A stretch of 64,000 bases of DNA, from NCBI GenBank assembly GCA_051313645.2, contig JBNRSN020000010.1:38068001-38132000 (forward strand), given 5' to 3'. This stretch comes from Centroscyllium fabricii (Eukaryota). The notes below the pieces were generated by a model. The model saw only the letters and a program-made list of their open reading frames with translations, made no database searches and was not told where the DNA came from. The position numbers were made by a program, and so were the translations under genes. The number at the start of each line of letters is the position of its first letter. Position 1 is the stretch's first letter. This document shows positions 21,753-34,542 of the stretch, in pieces.

Positions 21753-22539
21753 GATATTGTTCGGAGTAAATTGTATGGTTAATGTATGTCATCACCCCTG
21801 TGCTCGCTGACCTACATTGGCTCCTGGTTAGCATTGCCAACTCTGGTTGGAGACATTTCTGGAAGTTTGATCATGTGACATTCTGACCACCGATCACATG
21901 ACATCTGATCACATAGCTTCTACAAATGTTATTGCATTTACATTATAAAGGTTGGGTCCCCTGTAGTTGAATATTTTTGCTCGTGGTTTCGTGGCAGCTA
22001 CTGTTATGCGAAAAGTTCCAAGAACCAGAAGGTCACCTGTGGGCAGACAAAGGGATGAAACCGAGAGTGGGGAACAGGGGAAACCGAGGGTGGGGAATAG
22101 GAGAAACCGAGGGTGGGGAATAGGGGAAACCGAGGGTGGGGAATAGGAGAAACCGAGGGTGGGGAATAGGGGAGTCCAAAGGTGGGGGAGCGATTTGCAG
22201 AGGGGAAGCCAGAGGTGGGAGGAGCTTTGATTCAACCAGTAACTAATAGTAACTCTCTGAAATTGCACTGAAAGATAATGGTAATACTGGTAACGCACAG
22301 ATTCCCCTCATAACCAACCGTAATACAAAAACTCACTGATAGTCTATATATAACTGGTAGAAATAGGTGTAATGCTCCGATATCCTGCCTGTAACTAGTA
22401 GTAATCCTAAACCCGCTGATATTCACCCTGAAACCATAGCCAGAATCCCCCTGCACTGCACAAGGTGCGGTCAGGCTCTCCAGTCAGTGCCACTTTTAAT
22501 AGGCCCACTCTCTCTCCCTATCTCCTTGGACTCTGATTC

Positions 22540-23720
22540 TGTCCCATCTCTCCCCCGAGCCCCTGTTCCCCAGACTCCATCTTGCCTCCGAGCCCCTGTT
22601 CCCCAGTCTCCATCTCGCCTCCGAGCCCCCATTCCCCAGTCCCCATCTTCCCCGAGCCGCCGTTCCCCAGTCTCCCTCTCTCCCTCAAGCCCACATTCCC
22701 CAGTCTCCCTCTCCCCCGACCCCCCATTCCACAGTCTCCATCTCTCCCGAATTCCTATTCCCTAGTCTCCATCTCGCTCCCGAGTCCCCATTTCCCAGTC
22801 TCCCTCCCCCTGAGCCCCCATTTTCCAGTCTGCATCTCTTCCCTGAGCCCTCATTCCTCAGTCTCCCTCTCTCACTGAGCCCCCAATCCCCGGTCTCCCT
22901 CTTTCCCCCCGAGCCCCCATTCTCCAGTCTCCCTTCCCCCGAGCCCCCATTCCCCAGTCTCCATCTCCCCCAGTCCCCATTCCCCATCTCCCCCAGCCCC
23001 CATTCCCCAGTCTCCATCTCCCCCAGTTCCCAATCCCCAGTCTCCATCTCCCCAAGTCCCCATTCTCCATCTCACCCGAGACCCCGTTCCCCAGTCTCCA
23101 TCTCCCCCAGTTCCCATTCCCCAGTCTCCATCTCCCCAAGTCCCCATTCCCCAGTCTCCATCTCCCCCAGCCCCCATTCCCCAGTCTCCCGCTCTCTCCC
23201 CAGCCCCCATTCCCCAGTCTCCATCTCCCCAAGTCCCCAGTCTCCATCTCCCCCAGTCCCCATTCCCCAGTGTCCATCTCCCCCAGCTCCCATTCCCCAG
23301 TCTCCATCTCCCCCATTCCCCAGTCTCCATCTCCCCCAGTCCCCATTCCCCAGTCTCCATCTCCCCCAGCCCCCATTCCCCAGTCTCCCGCTCTCTCCCC
23401 CAGCCCCCATTCCCCAGTCTCCATCTCCTCAAGTCCCCATTCTCCAGTCTCCATCTCACCCGAGACCCCGTTCCCCAGTCTCCATCTCCCCCAGCCCCCA
23501 TTCCCCAGTCTCCCGCTCTCTCCCCCAGCCCCCATTCCCCAGTCTCCATCTCCCCCAGCCCCCATTCCCCAGTCTCCATCTCCCCCAGCCCCCATTACCC
23601 AGTCTCCATCTCCCTCAGCCCCCATTCCCCAGTCTCCATCTCTCCCCCAGCCCCCGTTCCCCAGTTTCCATCTCCCCTGAGATCCCGTTCCCCAGTCTCT
23701 TTCTTTCCCCTCCCAGTCTC
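22540..23720. repeat. Pyrimidine-rich minisatellite (CCCCATTCCCCAGTCTCCATCTCCCCCAG-like)
   Basis: Dozens of variant copies; a short opposite-polarity purine array lies at about 22065-22175. Confidence 0.92.
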
Positions 23721-24089
23721 AAGCCCACCCATGATTTCAACCCCCCCCGATTTCAGACCCCTCCCTGCTTTCAGTGACCCCCCAATTTCAGAGACCACCC
23801 CCCTGATTTCAGATAAACCGACCCCTGTTTCCCAAGGCCCCTCCCCCAATTCCTGTGCCCTGCTGATTCCAGACTTTCCCGATTCCCAACTCAGCAGCCC
23901 CTTCCGACTGCACTCCATGCAGTTGCTGCTCTCTGTGGGTGACGACACTGAACCGGAGGCTTCTCTCCAGCAGCCACTGACGTCATGGAGTGGGCGTGGG
24001 CATCCTGCGGTAGGACATTTAAATTGCTGATCCCAGGCTGCTGCAGGCAGCTCTCGGGGGAGGAATCCCTGGTTCCGCAAAGCACCAAG

Positions 24090-24485
24090 TCCGGTAATGT
24101 CTTGATATTAAAATTCTCATCCTTGTTTTCAAATCCCTCCATGGCCTCGACTCTTCCTATCTCTGTACCCTCCTCCAACCCTACAACCATCCAAGTTCTC
24201 TGCACTTCTCCAATTCTGGCCTCTTGCGCATTCCCAATTTTCGTCGCTCCGCCATTGGCGGCTGTTCCTTCAGCTGTCTAGGCCCTAAGCTCCGGAATTC
24301 CCTCCCTAAACCTCTCTACCTCTCTCTCTCCTTTAAGACGCTCCTTGAAACTGACTTCTTTGACCAAGCTTTTGGTCACCTGCCCTAATCTCCTGCTGGG
24401 CCTCGCTGTCTGATAACGCTCCTGTGAAGCGCCTTGAGGTTTTACTATGTTAAAGGCACTGTATAAATGCACGTTCTTGTTGTGA
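24090..24485 (+). mobile_element. L2-type LINE 3' end (its upstream part is at about 21790-21828)
   Basis: AAAATTCTCATCCTTGTTTTCAAATCCCTCCATGGCCTC..TTTGACCAAGCTTTTGGTCACCTG..ACTATGTTAAAGG is shared with other copies in the window. Confidence 0.8.
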
Positions 24486-24575
24486 TGTAGGATGGCACTT
24501 ATTCACACAGAGTGATGACTTCCATTTGCAGGAACTGAGGCTGCTGTAACGTTAACTTATGTCCCCCTTATACAG

Positions 24576-24833
24576 ACAGACGATGTGCCAAAGAGATTGG
24601 ACTCGGTGCACGATCACGCCCCCCGGCCCCGGGGACGCTGGTCCCGTCGTGTGAACAACCTTGAGCTGAGCGTGAAGTCGATGCTGGACCTTCGACACTT
24701 GGACTCCTTCTCCTTCTCCCCATCGATGGACTCCATTTCCCAGGCAGGAGCGTCGCTGTCCAGGGGCAGTGTGTGCGAGGACCCCACTGATGAGCACAGG
24801 GTCCGGGTCAGCATAGAAACGCTGCTCAGCGAT
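24576..24833 (+). CDS. MAPKBP1: MAPKBP1 exon: TDDVPKR..RGRWSRRVNNLELSVKSMLDLRHLDSF..LLSD
   Basis: tacag/gtaagt boundaries; 258 bp, phase 0-0; ELSVKSMLDLR matches the recalled ELSVRSMLDLR. Confidence 0.93.
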
Positions 24834-24844
24834 GTAAGTATTGT

Positions 24845-25590
24845 TCACAGCAGGAGGCCATTCGGCCCATCGTGCCTGTGCCGGCTCTTTGAAAGAGCTC
24901 TCCAATTAGTCCCACTCCCCTGCCCATACCCCGCATAGCCCTGCATGTTTTATCCAATTTCTTTTTGCAAGTTATTATTTAATCTGCTTCCACCACCCTT
25001 TCAGGCAGTGCATTCCAGATCATAACATATCGCTGCGTAAAAATAATTCTCCTCATCTCACCTCTGGTTCTTTTGCCAATCATCTTAATCTGTGTCCTCT
25101 GGTTACCGACCCTCCTGCCACTGGAAACAGTTTCTCTTTATTTATTCTATCAAAACCCTTCATGAATTTGAACACCTATTAAATCTCCCCATAACCTTCT
25201 CTGTTCGAAGGAGAACAATCCCAGCTTCTCCAGTCTCTCTACATCCCTGGTCCCATTCTGGTGAATCTCCTCTGCACCCTCTCCAAGACCTTGATATCCT
25301 AAATTATGGTGCCCAGAATTGGACACAATACTCCAGCTGGGGCCTAACCAGTGACTTATAAAGGTTTAGCATAATTTGCTTGCTTTTCTACTCTATATTC
25401 CTCTATTTATAAAGCTTTTTTAACAGCCTTCTCAACTTGTCCGGCCCCTTCAAAGATTTGTGTACGTACGCCCCCAGGTCTCTCTGTTCCTGCAGCCCTT
25501 TAAAATTGTACCATTTCGTTATATTGTCTCTCCTCATTCTTAATACCAAAATGCAACACTTAGCACTTCTCTTACATTGCATCTGCCATG
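24845..25590 (-). mobile_element. Degenerate CR1 3' fragment
   Basis: Reverse complement shows CR1 ORF2 C-terminal remnants (EQRDLGAYVHKSLK) and the CR1 3' UTR. Confidence 0.8.
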
Positions 25591-26274
25591 TGTCACCCAA
25601 CTGTACAAAAACAGAGTGGGAGCACAGTGCAGCTCCATCACTACCTCCTTAATGCTTCCAACTTAATGGTCAAAGCTCCTAAACAGAGCTACTTATTTCA
25701 AAAGTCTGTCGATGTCCTCCTGATGTCTGTCACTATCCTCCCCACTGTTTACTGCATTACTGTTTTTCGTGTCATCTGTAAACTTTAAAATTATGCCCTG
25801 TACACCCATATATATGTGGAACTTTACTGTACAGTTAACAGCTGCAGATGTAGAGGCCTCCCCCAGAGCAATGCAGTATTGCCTCATTTCTGCATGCAAT
25901 ATTGCTTTTGTATCTTTGTGTCTCTCTCACTAGGCCTGGAGATTGGACGAGAGGTGAACAGTGCTGGGGTCCAGATTGAGGCCAGAGCTTTGAATTAAGT
26001 TTGAGGTTTGAACTGAAGCTAGGCCCTGTAGTTTTAATTTAAACTGAGGCTGGGCCTAGGTCTTGAACTGAGGCTGAAGCCAAGTGGGCCCTGAACTAAG
26101 CCTGGGCGGGCACTTGACGCCTGGCTGAGGCCTGTGCTAGAGGTTGGACTGAAGCTTGTTGCATGCAGAAGGACAGTGACCAGGAATGGGAGCATGAACA
26201 ATAACAACAACAATCATAATCACAGAGATTCTCTAACAATCTCAGTAGCAGTTGAACCAAGCAGAAAAAATCAG

Positions 26275-26632
26275 TGACTCATGGCCTAGTTTTTCCCTGT
26301 CTCTGTAACCTCATCCAGCCCTACAATCTCACCGCAAAACTCTCCGTTCCTTTGACGCTGGCCTTGTGTGCATCCTCCCTCCCTTCACCCCACTATTGCT
26401 GGGCATGCCATCAGCCGCCTGGATCCCACGGTCTAGAATTCCTTCTCTACACCTCTCTCTCCTCATTGAGACGCTCCTTAAAAACTACCTTTTGACCAAG
26501 CTTTTGGTCACCCCACTCCTTATATCATCTTTCTTCGGTGCAACGTCAATTTTCTTTTTATTACGCTCCTGTGAAGAGCCTTGGGACGTTTTTCTATGTT
26601 AAAGGTGCTATATAACTGCAAGTTGCTGTCGT
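26275..26632 (+). mobile_element. L2-type LINE 3' fragment
   Basis: Similar to 24090-24485. Confidence 0.75.
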
Positions 26633-26663
26633 TATCTGTGGCCATTCATTGAACCCATCAAAT

Positions 26664-26836
26664 GGGGGCTAATTTTGACTTTGGGCGACAGTGTATAATG
26701 GCAATATCGGATCAGCCTTCAGTTGTACATCTCTCCCACTGGCTTCAATAGCAATGGATACCAGGAGATATGGATAACGGACAGTTGATCCGACATCACA
26801 GGCTTTATGCTATTGCCCAAAGTCAGGATGACCCCC
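26664..26836. mobile_element. Old palindromic MITE with GGGGG...CCCCC termini
   Basis: Imperfect inverted arms GGGGGCTAATTTTGACTTTGGGC / GCCCAAAGTCAGGATGACCCCC; flanks AAT and AGT. Confidence 0.7.
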
Positions 26837-27387
26837 AGTATACTGTGGCTGTCTTCTCTCCGTTCTATCAGCCTGAGTCAGTTCAGTATTGAGTTGCCTT
26901 TGCTGTCTGTTTATGGCTGGGGCAAGTGATTTGGCACAATGCAACATCCTGCAAATTTCCAAACTTACTGTGTTGAGTCTGATTTACTGGCTGGGTTCCA
27001 CAATATTTATAAAGAGTCCCAGAGAGAATGAAAGTGCCTGTTCCTGAGCGATTTTGTCCATCACTTGCTGCAACAAATCAATCATCTTACTTATTTAACC
27101 AACATCATCTGCAAGCGGCACATTTTGAACATGCCAAGAGACTCATTATATCTGATGTATCCTCCTGCAAATGCCCTGCTAAGAAAATGTACCAATGCTA
27201 CATAAACCAGCATCAGTATATATAACAAATAAAACACTGGGAAGTAAGGCCGGTTTCCTGGCCTGAGATAGGGTTGCTAACTCTGGTTGGACATATTCCT
27301 GGAGTTGTCATCACATGACCACCTGCCTCTAACCGCCCTCTCCCTCCACCCCACCCCCCGATGCTCCCGCCATTGATCACCTGATAA

Positions 27388-27965
27388 ATATAGAATCATC
27401 GAAATTTACAGCACAGAAGGAGACCATTCGGCCCATCTTCTCTGTGCCGGCTGACAAAGAGCTACCCAGCCGAATCGCACTTTCCAGCTCTTGGTCCGTA
27501 GCCCTGTAGGTTTCAGCACTTCAGGTGCATATCCAAGTACTTTTTAAATGTGATGAGGGTTTCTGCCTCTACCCCTCTTTCAGGCAGTGAGTTCCAGACC
27601 CCCACCACCCTCTGGGTGAAGAATTTCTCCTCAAATCCCCTCTAAATCTCCGACCAATTACTTTAAATCTATGCCCCCTGGTTATCGACCCTTCTGCTAA
27701 GGGAAATAGGTCCTTCCTATCCACACTATCAAGGCCCCTCATAATTTTATACACCTCAATTTGGTCTCCTCTCAGCCTCCTCTGTTCCAAAGAAAACAAC
27801 CCCAGCCTCTCCAATCTTTCCTCATAGCTAAATTCTCCAGCCCAGGCAACATCCTCGTAAATCTCCTCTGCCCCCCGCCCCCCACCACCTAGTGCAATGA
27901 CATCCTTCCTGTAATGTGGTGACCAGAACTGCACACAGTACTCTAGCTGCGGCCTAACCAGTGTT
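27388..27965 (-). mobile_element. CR1 3' fragment
   Basis: QFWSPHYRKDVIAL..YEERLERLGLFSLEQRRLRGD on the minus strand, plus the 3' UTR. Confidence 0.88.
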
Positions 27966-28179
27966 TCATGACGTCTCGCCTTCCCACACCAATTGTAAAG
28001 CGAACAGCTTCTTCGTTACCCAATTGGATGATTCTTGACTGTCAATCGAACGGCCTGTTTTCCCATAACTAAGAATCAAAATGTTCAAATAATATTATTA
28101 AAACACCATTTTTTAATGCACCTGTAATGTTTCTCCCGGGTTTGCTCACGGCAGTGTCCGGGAGACTAGTCTTTGATTA

Positions 28180-28492
28180 TATCCGCACTCCTCTAATTCT
28201 GGCCTCTTGAGCATCCCTGATTATTATCACTCCACCATCGGTGGCTGTGCCTTCTGTTGCCTAGGCCCTAAGCTCTGGAATTCGCTCCCTAAACCTCTCG
28301 GCCTCCCTCTCCTTCTTTAAGACTCACCTTAAAACCTACCTCTTTGACCAAGCTTTTGGTCACCTGCCCTAATATAACCTTATGTGGCTCAGTGTCAAAT
28401 ATTGTTTTATAATCGCTCCTGTGAAGAGCCTTGGGACATTTCACTATGTTAAAGGCGCTATATAGATGCAAGCTGTTGTTGTTATTGTTGTT
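28180..28492 (+). mobile_element. L2-type LINE 3' end with (GTT)n tail
   Basis: Similar to the other L2 tails in the window. Confidence 0.78.
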
Positions 28493-28554
28493 GGAGACTC
28501 CTGGAGTGTTCACAACCCTAGCCTGAGATCTTGTTCTCATTATTACCGCGACAG

Positions 28555-28724
28555 ATAGAGGAGCAGGAGTCGGCACACACACACGGCTCATCCTTCATCA
28601 GACCCAGCAGCATTACACTGCCGATGTGTGAGGAGGGCATATTCAGCCAGGAGCTGGAGACACCAGAGGTGGAAGAACGTGTCATCTACCCAGTACACAC
28701 AGGGAGTACTGGCGAGACGGAGAG
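28555..28724 (+). CDS. MAPKBP1: MAPKBP1 exon: IEEQESAH..EEGIFSQELETPEVEERVIYP..
   Basis: acag/gtgagt boundaries; phase 0 to 2; EEGIFSQELE resembles the recalled EEGVFAQDLE. Confidence 0.9.
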
Positions 28725-28884
28725 GTGAGTGCTGATACTTAGCCGAGATCTGTATCCATGCACAAGCCACGAGTGTAGGAAGTGGGAACTCGGGGAGCTG
28801 ATGAATGAGCATCTTTCTGTGCCTCAGCTTGGAAGTACAGTGAAATGATTGGTCCTTATTTGTGAAGCCAGCGTTTTAGCAATC

Positions 28885-30325
28885 CGGTTTCCAGCCCTGC
28901 CACAGTACCAAAACAGCCCTTACCAAAGTCACAAATGACATCCTATGTGACTGCGACTGTGGTAAACAATCCCTCCTCGTCCTTCTCGACCTGTCTGCAG
29001 CCTGTGACACGGTTAACCACTCCATCCTCCTCCAATGCCTCTCCTCTGTCGTCCAGCTGGGTGGGATTGCACTCAGCTGGTTCCATTCTTATCTATCCAG
29101 TCGTAGCCAGAGAATTACCTGTAACGGCTTCTCTTCACGCTCCCGCACCATGTTCTCTGGTGTCCCCCAAGGATCTATTATTGGTCTCCTCCTATTTCTC
29201 ATCTATATGCTGCCCCTCGGTGACATCATCCCAAAACATAATGTTAGGATGCACATGTACGCTGACGACACCCAGCTCTACCTCTCGACCCCTCCGCTGT
29301 CTCTAAATTGTCAGACTGCTTGTCCGACATCCACTCCTGGATGAGCAGAAATTTCCTCCAACTAAATATTGGGAAGACTGAAGCCATTGGCTTCTGTTCC
29401 TGCCACAAACTCCGTTCCCTAGCCACTGACTCCATCCCTCTCCAGCTGTCTGAGGTTGAACCAGACTGTTCACAACCTTGGCTTGTATTTGACGCCGAGA
29501 GGAGCTTCCAATCACACATCTGCGCCATCACCTCTGTAACTTCACCCGACTCCACCCCTGCCTCAGCTAATCCGCTGCTGAAACCCTCACCCCTGCCTTT
29601 GTTACCTCTAGATTTTGACTATTCCAACGCTCTCCTGGCTGGCCTCCCACAGTCCACCCTCCATAAACTTAAGCTCATCAAAACTCTGCTGCCCCGTGTC
29701 CTAACTCGCACCAAGTCCTGTTCACCCATCACCCCTGTGCTCGCTGACCTACACTGGCTCCCGGTTAAGCAACGCCTTGATTTAAAAATTCTCATCCTTG
29801 TTTTTAAATCCTCCATGGCCTCGCCCCCTCCCTATCTCTGTAATCTCCTCCAGCCCTACAACACTCCGAGACCTCTGTGCTCCTCCAAACTGGCCTCGCC
29901 CCTCCCTATCTCTGTAATCTCCTCCAGCCCTACAACACTCCGAGACCTCTGTGCTCCTCCATGGCCTCGCCCCTCCCTATCTCTGTAATCTCCTCCAGCC
30001 CTACAACACTCCGAGACCTCTGTGCTCCTCCAAACTGGCCTCTTGAGCATCCCTGATTTCCATCGATCCACCACTGGCGGCTGGGCCTTCAGCTGCCGAG
30101 GCCCTGAGCTGTGGAATTCCCTCCCTAAACCTCTCCGCCTCTCTAGCTCTCTCTCCTCCTTTAAGACACTCCTTAAAACGTATTGCTTTGACCAAGCTTT
30201 TGGTCACCTGGCCTAATATCAGCTTATGTGGCTTGGTGTCGAATTTTGTCTAATAACGCTCTGTGAAGCACCTTGGGATGTTTTACTATGTTGAACATGC
30301 TATATAAGTGTAAGTTGTCGTTGAT
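28885..30325 (+). mobile_element. L2-type LINE (RT to 3' end), degenerate, with an internal ~72-bp triplication at about 29815-30035
   Basis: GVPQGSIIG, YADDTQLY, WMSRNFLQLNIGKTE, DYSNALLAGLP, ITPVLADLHWLPV. Confidence 0.9.
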
Positions 30326-30973
30326 GATGAGCTACTTTACAATGACCATGTTGTGGCAGCATACAAACATAAGAATAAGAATTTGGAGCTATTTCCTTAA
30401 TGAAAGTCAGTGCTCGATCAATACTGCAATTAGCTAACCAGTTGGAAACAGACTACAGCCGGTCAGTCTGCACGATGGAGCTTATGAGGTCAGGGTGAGC
30501 GGCTGAATATTGTTGTATGTAAAGCTGTTTTTAACCACAATAACATTTCTTTATCGCAAGAGAGGTTTGAATCAACAAGATCCACCAGTCCATTTTATAT
30601 CATCCTTGTAGATTACCAACTCTGCCATTTTCCCATTACAGCAACGAGCTCTTTCTCAAATTAATGAATTCGATGCTGGTTTATTAGAGCAATACAATAT
30701 AAGAACATCAGTGACAACCATCGGCACACCGAGCTGCAGTGTGTATTATCCACAGTAAATGCTGGCCTTGCCAGCAACGTTCACATCCCAAGAATGAATT
30801 TTAAATAAAGAAACACAATGTCGCTTCCAATTTGATCCTGAATATTTTGTCCTGTAAAGAGGTAACTGCTTGTGTGCAATAGATTCCGTAACAGTTGTTC
30901 CACGGCCTTCTTGATATATATTTAATTTGAACAGACTTTATTAATGTTAATCCTGTACTTCCATGTCTGTCAG

Positions 30974-31119
30974 CGAGTACCAGGTGAAGGAGTTGCAGAA
31001 GGGAATGCAGGAGAAGAGTTACCGTTGCCACAGTCTCCTGGAGAAGCACAGTCCGGACAGTGCCTGCTGTGTGGATTATTCCAGCAGCCACTTTTCCAGC
31101 CCAGAACATCCACACCAAG
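30974..31119 (+). CDS. MAPKBP1: MAPKBP1 exon: [34 protein letters not shown]
   Basis: cag/gttaga boundaries; phase 2 to 1; matches the recalled [16 protein letters not shown]. Not present in the supplied ORF track. Confidence 0.93.
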
Positions 31120-31249
31120 GTTAGAATCTAGTGTGTGTGTTTTAACCTATGCTCGTTAGTTCCTCTATTGGGAAAAAGCCTTGGTATTCGTGTGCAAGTT
31201 TAGTGCATTTTGGTTCTTTCCGTTCATCAGTAGATGCTGGTGATGGAAC

Positions 31250-31435
31250 ATAGAATTACATAGAATTTACAGCACAGAAACAGGCCATTCTGCCCAACCA
31301 GTCTGTGCCGGTGTTTATGCTCCACACGAGCCTCCTCCCACCCTACTTCATCTAACCCCATCAGCATAACCCTCTATTCCTTTCTCCCTCATGTACTTAT
31401 CTAGTTTCCCCTTAAATGCATCTATGCTATTCGCT
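31250..31435 (-). mobile_element. Short CR1 3' end
   Basis: CATAGAATT tail repeats and the reverse-complemented CR1-type 3' UTR. Confidence 0.65.
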
Positions 31436-31864
31436 AATACTGAAGGAACATTTCTCCTCCAGTATTAGCATTGAGCACTCTCTGTTCCAGTACTGGGTGG
31501 TTTAGCAGCTCCCTCTACTGCCCACCTAACATTCCCACTTCAGATAGAGCATGGACATTCAGAACAGTCAGGCAGAAGAGACCTCTGCCTGGGTTGGACT
31601 TGAAACCAGATCCCAGAGGTGCGAGGACATTGTTCTAACCCACTGCACCACCTGATCCCTCACATGGGTGAAGCTATTTCAACTGGCTTTTATACCAGGT
31701 CCTAAATCCAAAGGGAGTGTAGCCTTTGTAATTAAGCTGTGTTTGATATTGGTTCTTCATATGAAATTGCTCGAAGTGAGGCTGTTCCAGAGGTCAGATG
31801 GCAGTTGCGCGCGGTTAGGTCCTCCTGGAGACAGCTCTAATAGAGGTGCCTTTCCAGAGGCCAT

Positions 31865-32222
31865 GCGAAGAGGGCAACCTCAGTGGCCGTGTGAAGGGGG
31901 CATGCTCTGTGGCCGTGTGAAGAGGGCATCCTCTGTGGTCATGTGAAGGGGGCATCCTCTGTGGCCGTGTGAAGAGGGCATCCTCTGTGGCCGTGTGAAG
32001 AGGGCATCCTCTGTGGTCATGTGAAGAGGGCATCCTCTGTGGCCGTGTGAAGAGGGCATCCTCTGTGGCCGTGTGAAGAGGGCATCCTCTGTGGCCGTGT
32101 GAAGAGGGCATCCTCTGTGGCCGTGTGAAGAGGGCATCCTCTGTGGCTGTGTGAAGAGGGCATCCTCTGGCCGTGTGAAGAGGGTATCCTCTGTGGTCAT
32201 GTGAAGAGGGCATCCTCAGTGA
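31865..32222. repeat. 26-bp minisatellite GTGTGAAGAGGGCATCCTCTGTGGCC
   Basis: About 13 tandem copies, each with an internal AGAGG-GCAT-CCTCT hairpin. Confidence 0.93.
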
Positions 32223-32362
32223 CATCTCCTGGGCCTCTTACTGCTCTTCCTAGAAGCTGCCTTTGGGTCTCTCTTCCCCTGACCACGTGGAAACAAGAAC
32301 CAGTACCAAAATCTGGCTTAGAAATGCAAGCTGAAAGTCATGACTTTCTGTTAATGTGACAG

Positions 32363-32533
32363 ATTCCGAATGTACAGAGCCTCTGAGTGTGGACGGGATC
32401 TCCTCAGACATGGAGGAGGAAGAGGACGAGCTGAGCAGAAGCTTCCCACAGGAGACGGCAGTGCCGAGAACCCCAGATCAGGAAAAGTTCCTGAAGCAAC
32501 ATTTTGGGACCTTGGCTGATGAGAGTGTTGGAG
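32363..32533 (+). CDS. MAPKBP1: MAPKBP1 exon: DSECTEPLSVDGISSDMEE..TPDQEKFLKQHFGTLA..
   Basis: acag/gtgaga boundaries; phase 1-1; close to the recalled TEPLSVDGISSD and TPDQEQFLKQHF. Confidence 0.95.
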
Positions 32534-32827
32534 GTGAGACTGGCTCCACTGTGAGGAGCGTATGCAAATACATTAGATTTTCAAGGGATCGTAAGGTTAT
32601 ACCATGCCATCCATGGAATCCAAAGTTAGGTAATGTGGGCCTTAGAGTTCGTGATGTTCGATATCTTGGAGTTATCATCCCATTTGCTTCTGGGTGAGGG
32701 AGGAGTTTTCCAGGGTTTCCTCTTGGAGGTTGGCCCTGTGGTAAGTGGTGCAGATGCATAAGATGGCCACTGCCTCCAAACTATGGTTAGTGCTGCATGA
32801 TTTGGATATATTTATTACATTTGGTCC

Positions 32828-33788
32828 CCTCATCAATGATTGGAATGAGGGAACCAAATGTAATATATCCAAGTTTGCTGATGATACAAAGCTGGGTGGG
32901 AATGTAATTTGTGAGGAGGTTGCAAGGAGGCTTCAAGGGGATAGAGACAGGCTAAGTGAGTGGGCAAGAGCATGGAAAATGGAATATAATGTGGAGAAAT
33001 GTGAAGTTATCCACTTTGGTAGGAAAAATAGAAAAGCAGAGTGTTTTTTAAATGGTGAGAGATTGGGAAATGTTGGTGTTCAGAGTGACCTGGGTGTCCT
33101 TGTACACAAATTACTGAAAGTTAACATGCAAGTACGGCAAGCAATTAGGAAAACAAATGCTATGTTGGTCTTTATTACAAGAGGATTTGAGTATAAGAGT
33201 AAAGACGTCTTACTGCAATTATATCGGGCCCTGGTGAGACAGTTTTGGTCTCCTTACCTAAGGAAGGATCTACTTGCCATAGAGGGAGTGCAATGAAGGT
33301 TCACCAGACTGATTCCTGGGATGGGGGGATTGTCCTATGAGGAGAGATTGAGTAAACTAGGTCTATATTCTCTGGAGGTTACAAGAATGAGAGGTGATCT
33401 CATTGATACATACAAAATTCTTACAGGGCTTGACAGGGTAGATACAGGGAGGATGTTTCCCCTGGCTGGGGATTCTAGAACCAGGGGTCACAGTCTCAGA
33501 ATAAGGGGTCAGCCATTTAGGACCAAGATGAGGAGAAATTTCTTTTCTCAGAGGTTGGTGAATCTTTGGAATTCTCTACCCCAGAAGGCTGTGGAGGTTC
33601 AGTCGTTGAGTATATTCAAGACCGAGATCGATAGATTGTTGAATATAAAGGGAATCAAGGGATATGAGGATAGTGCAGGATAGTGCAGGAAAGTGGAGAT
33701 GAGGTGGAAGATCAGCCATGATCTTATTGAATGGCGGAGCAGGCTCAAGGGGCCGAATGGCCTGCTCCTGCTCCTATTTCTTATGTTA
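32828..33788 (+). mobile_element. 5'-truncated CR1 LINE
   Basis: KFADDTKLGG through LWNSLPQKAVE, then the 3' UTR and TTCTTATG tail. Confidence 0.92.
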
Positions 33789-33790
33789 AT

Positions 33791-34542
33791 GGGCCAGAAA
33801 TTCGGGTCGGAGGCTTCCCGCGGGTGCAAACCCCGACCTGCACTTACCTTGCACGCTGGCCGCTGTGCTGTGGGCCCGCGTGGGATTCCGATCCTGGGCC
33901 TCCTCCAGCTGCCGGCGCGCAGTGCTTGCGTATCCCAGGGGCATAGTTAGTTCGAAGCGTCCCCTGGGATCATGTGGGCCATGGAGAGCCAATCGTAGCA
34001 GAGAATCTCCATTCATAGATTTGACAGGAAGACCTGTCAAATCTATGAATAGACATTGGCCCCAAAACCTAACCAAAACTTCAAATACATTTTTTTTTTT
34101 AAACATCGTATTTTAAAAATAACAATAAATTACATAAAATAACTATTTTAAACAATAATTTACATTTTTGAAAAAATTAATTACAGTTTCTAACGGGGCT
34201 AAAAATAAACTTACCTTTCTTTAAAGTATTTAAAAATAATAAACCTGTGGGAAAAATGTTTTAATTTTACTTAATTCACCACTTACCTTGTTAAAAGCAT
34301 GCCTTGCGACTGCTTTTTAAAAGCGTAGCTGCTGGAGATTTTCCCTCCCGGAGAAACCTATAAAAAAAACGGAAGTTCCAGGCATACGCGCACGTGTTCG
34401 ACCTGTGAACCCCTTCCATCAAGCGGACGGAAGTTCCGGTTTCCCGCGCATGCGCAATGCAGGCACGAAACCGGCACTTTCGTTGGCCCTACGTGTGAGT
34501 ACCCAGCACGTACTCACCTGTGGGAACCCGAATTTCTGGCCC
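33791..34542. mobile_element. Non-autonomous TIR DNA transposon (PIF/Harbinger/ISL2EU-like) inserted in the CR1 tail
   Basis: Perfect 17-bp TIR GGGCCAGAAATTCGGGT / ACCCGAATTTCTGGCCC, with AT on both flanks. Confidence 0.88.

Noticed and set aside
22487-23680. Pro/Ser-rich and Gly/Trp-rich ORFs (also 58372-59096)
   Set aside because: Low-complexity minisatellite translations.
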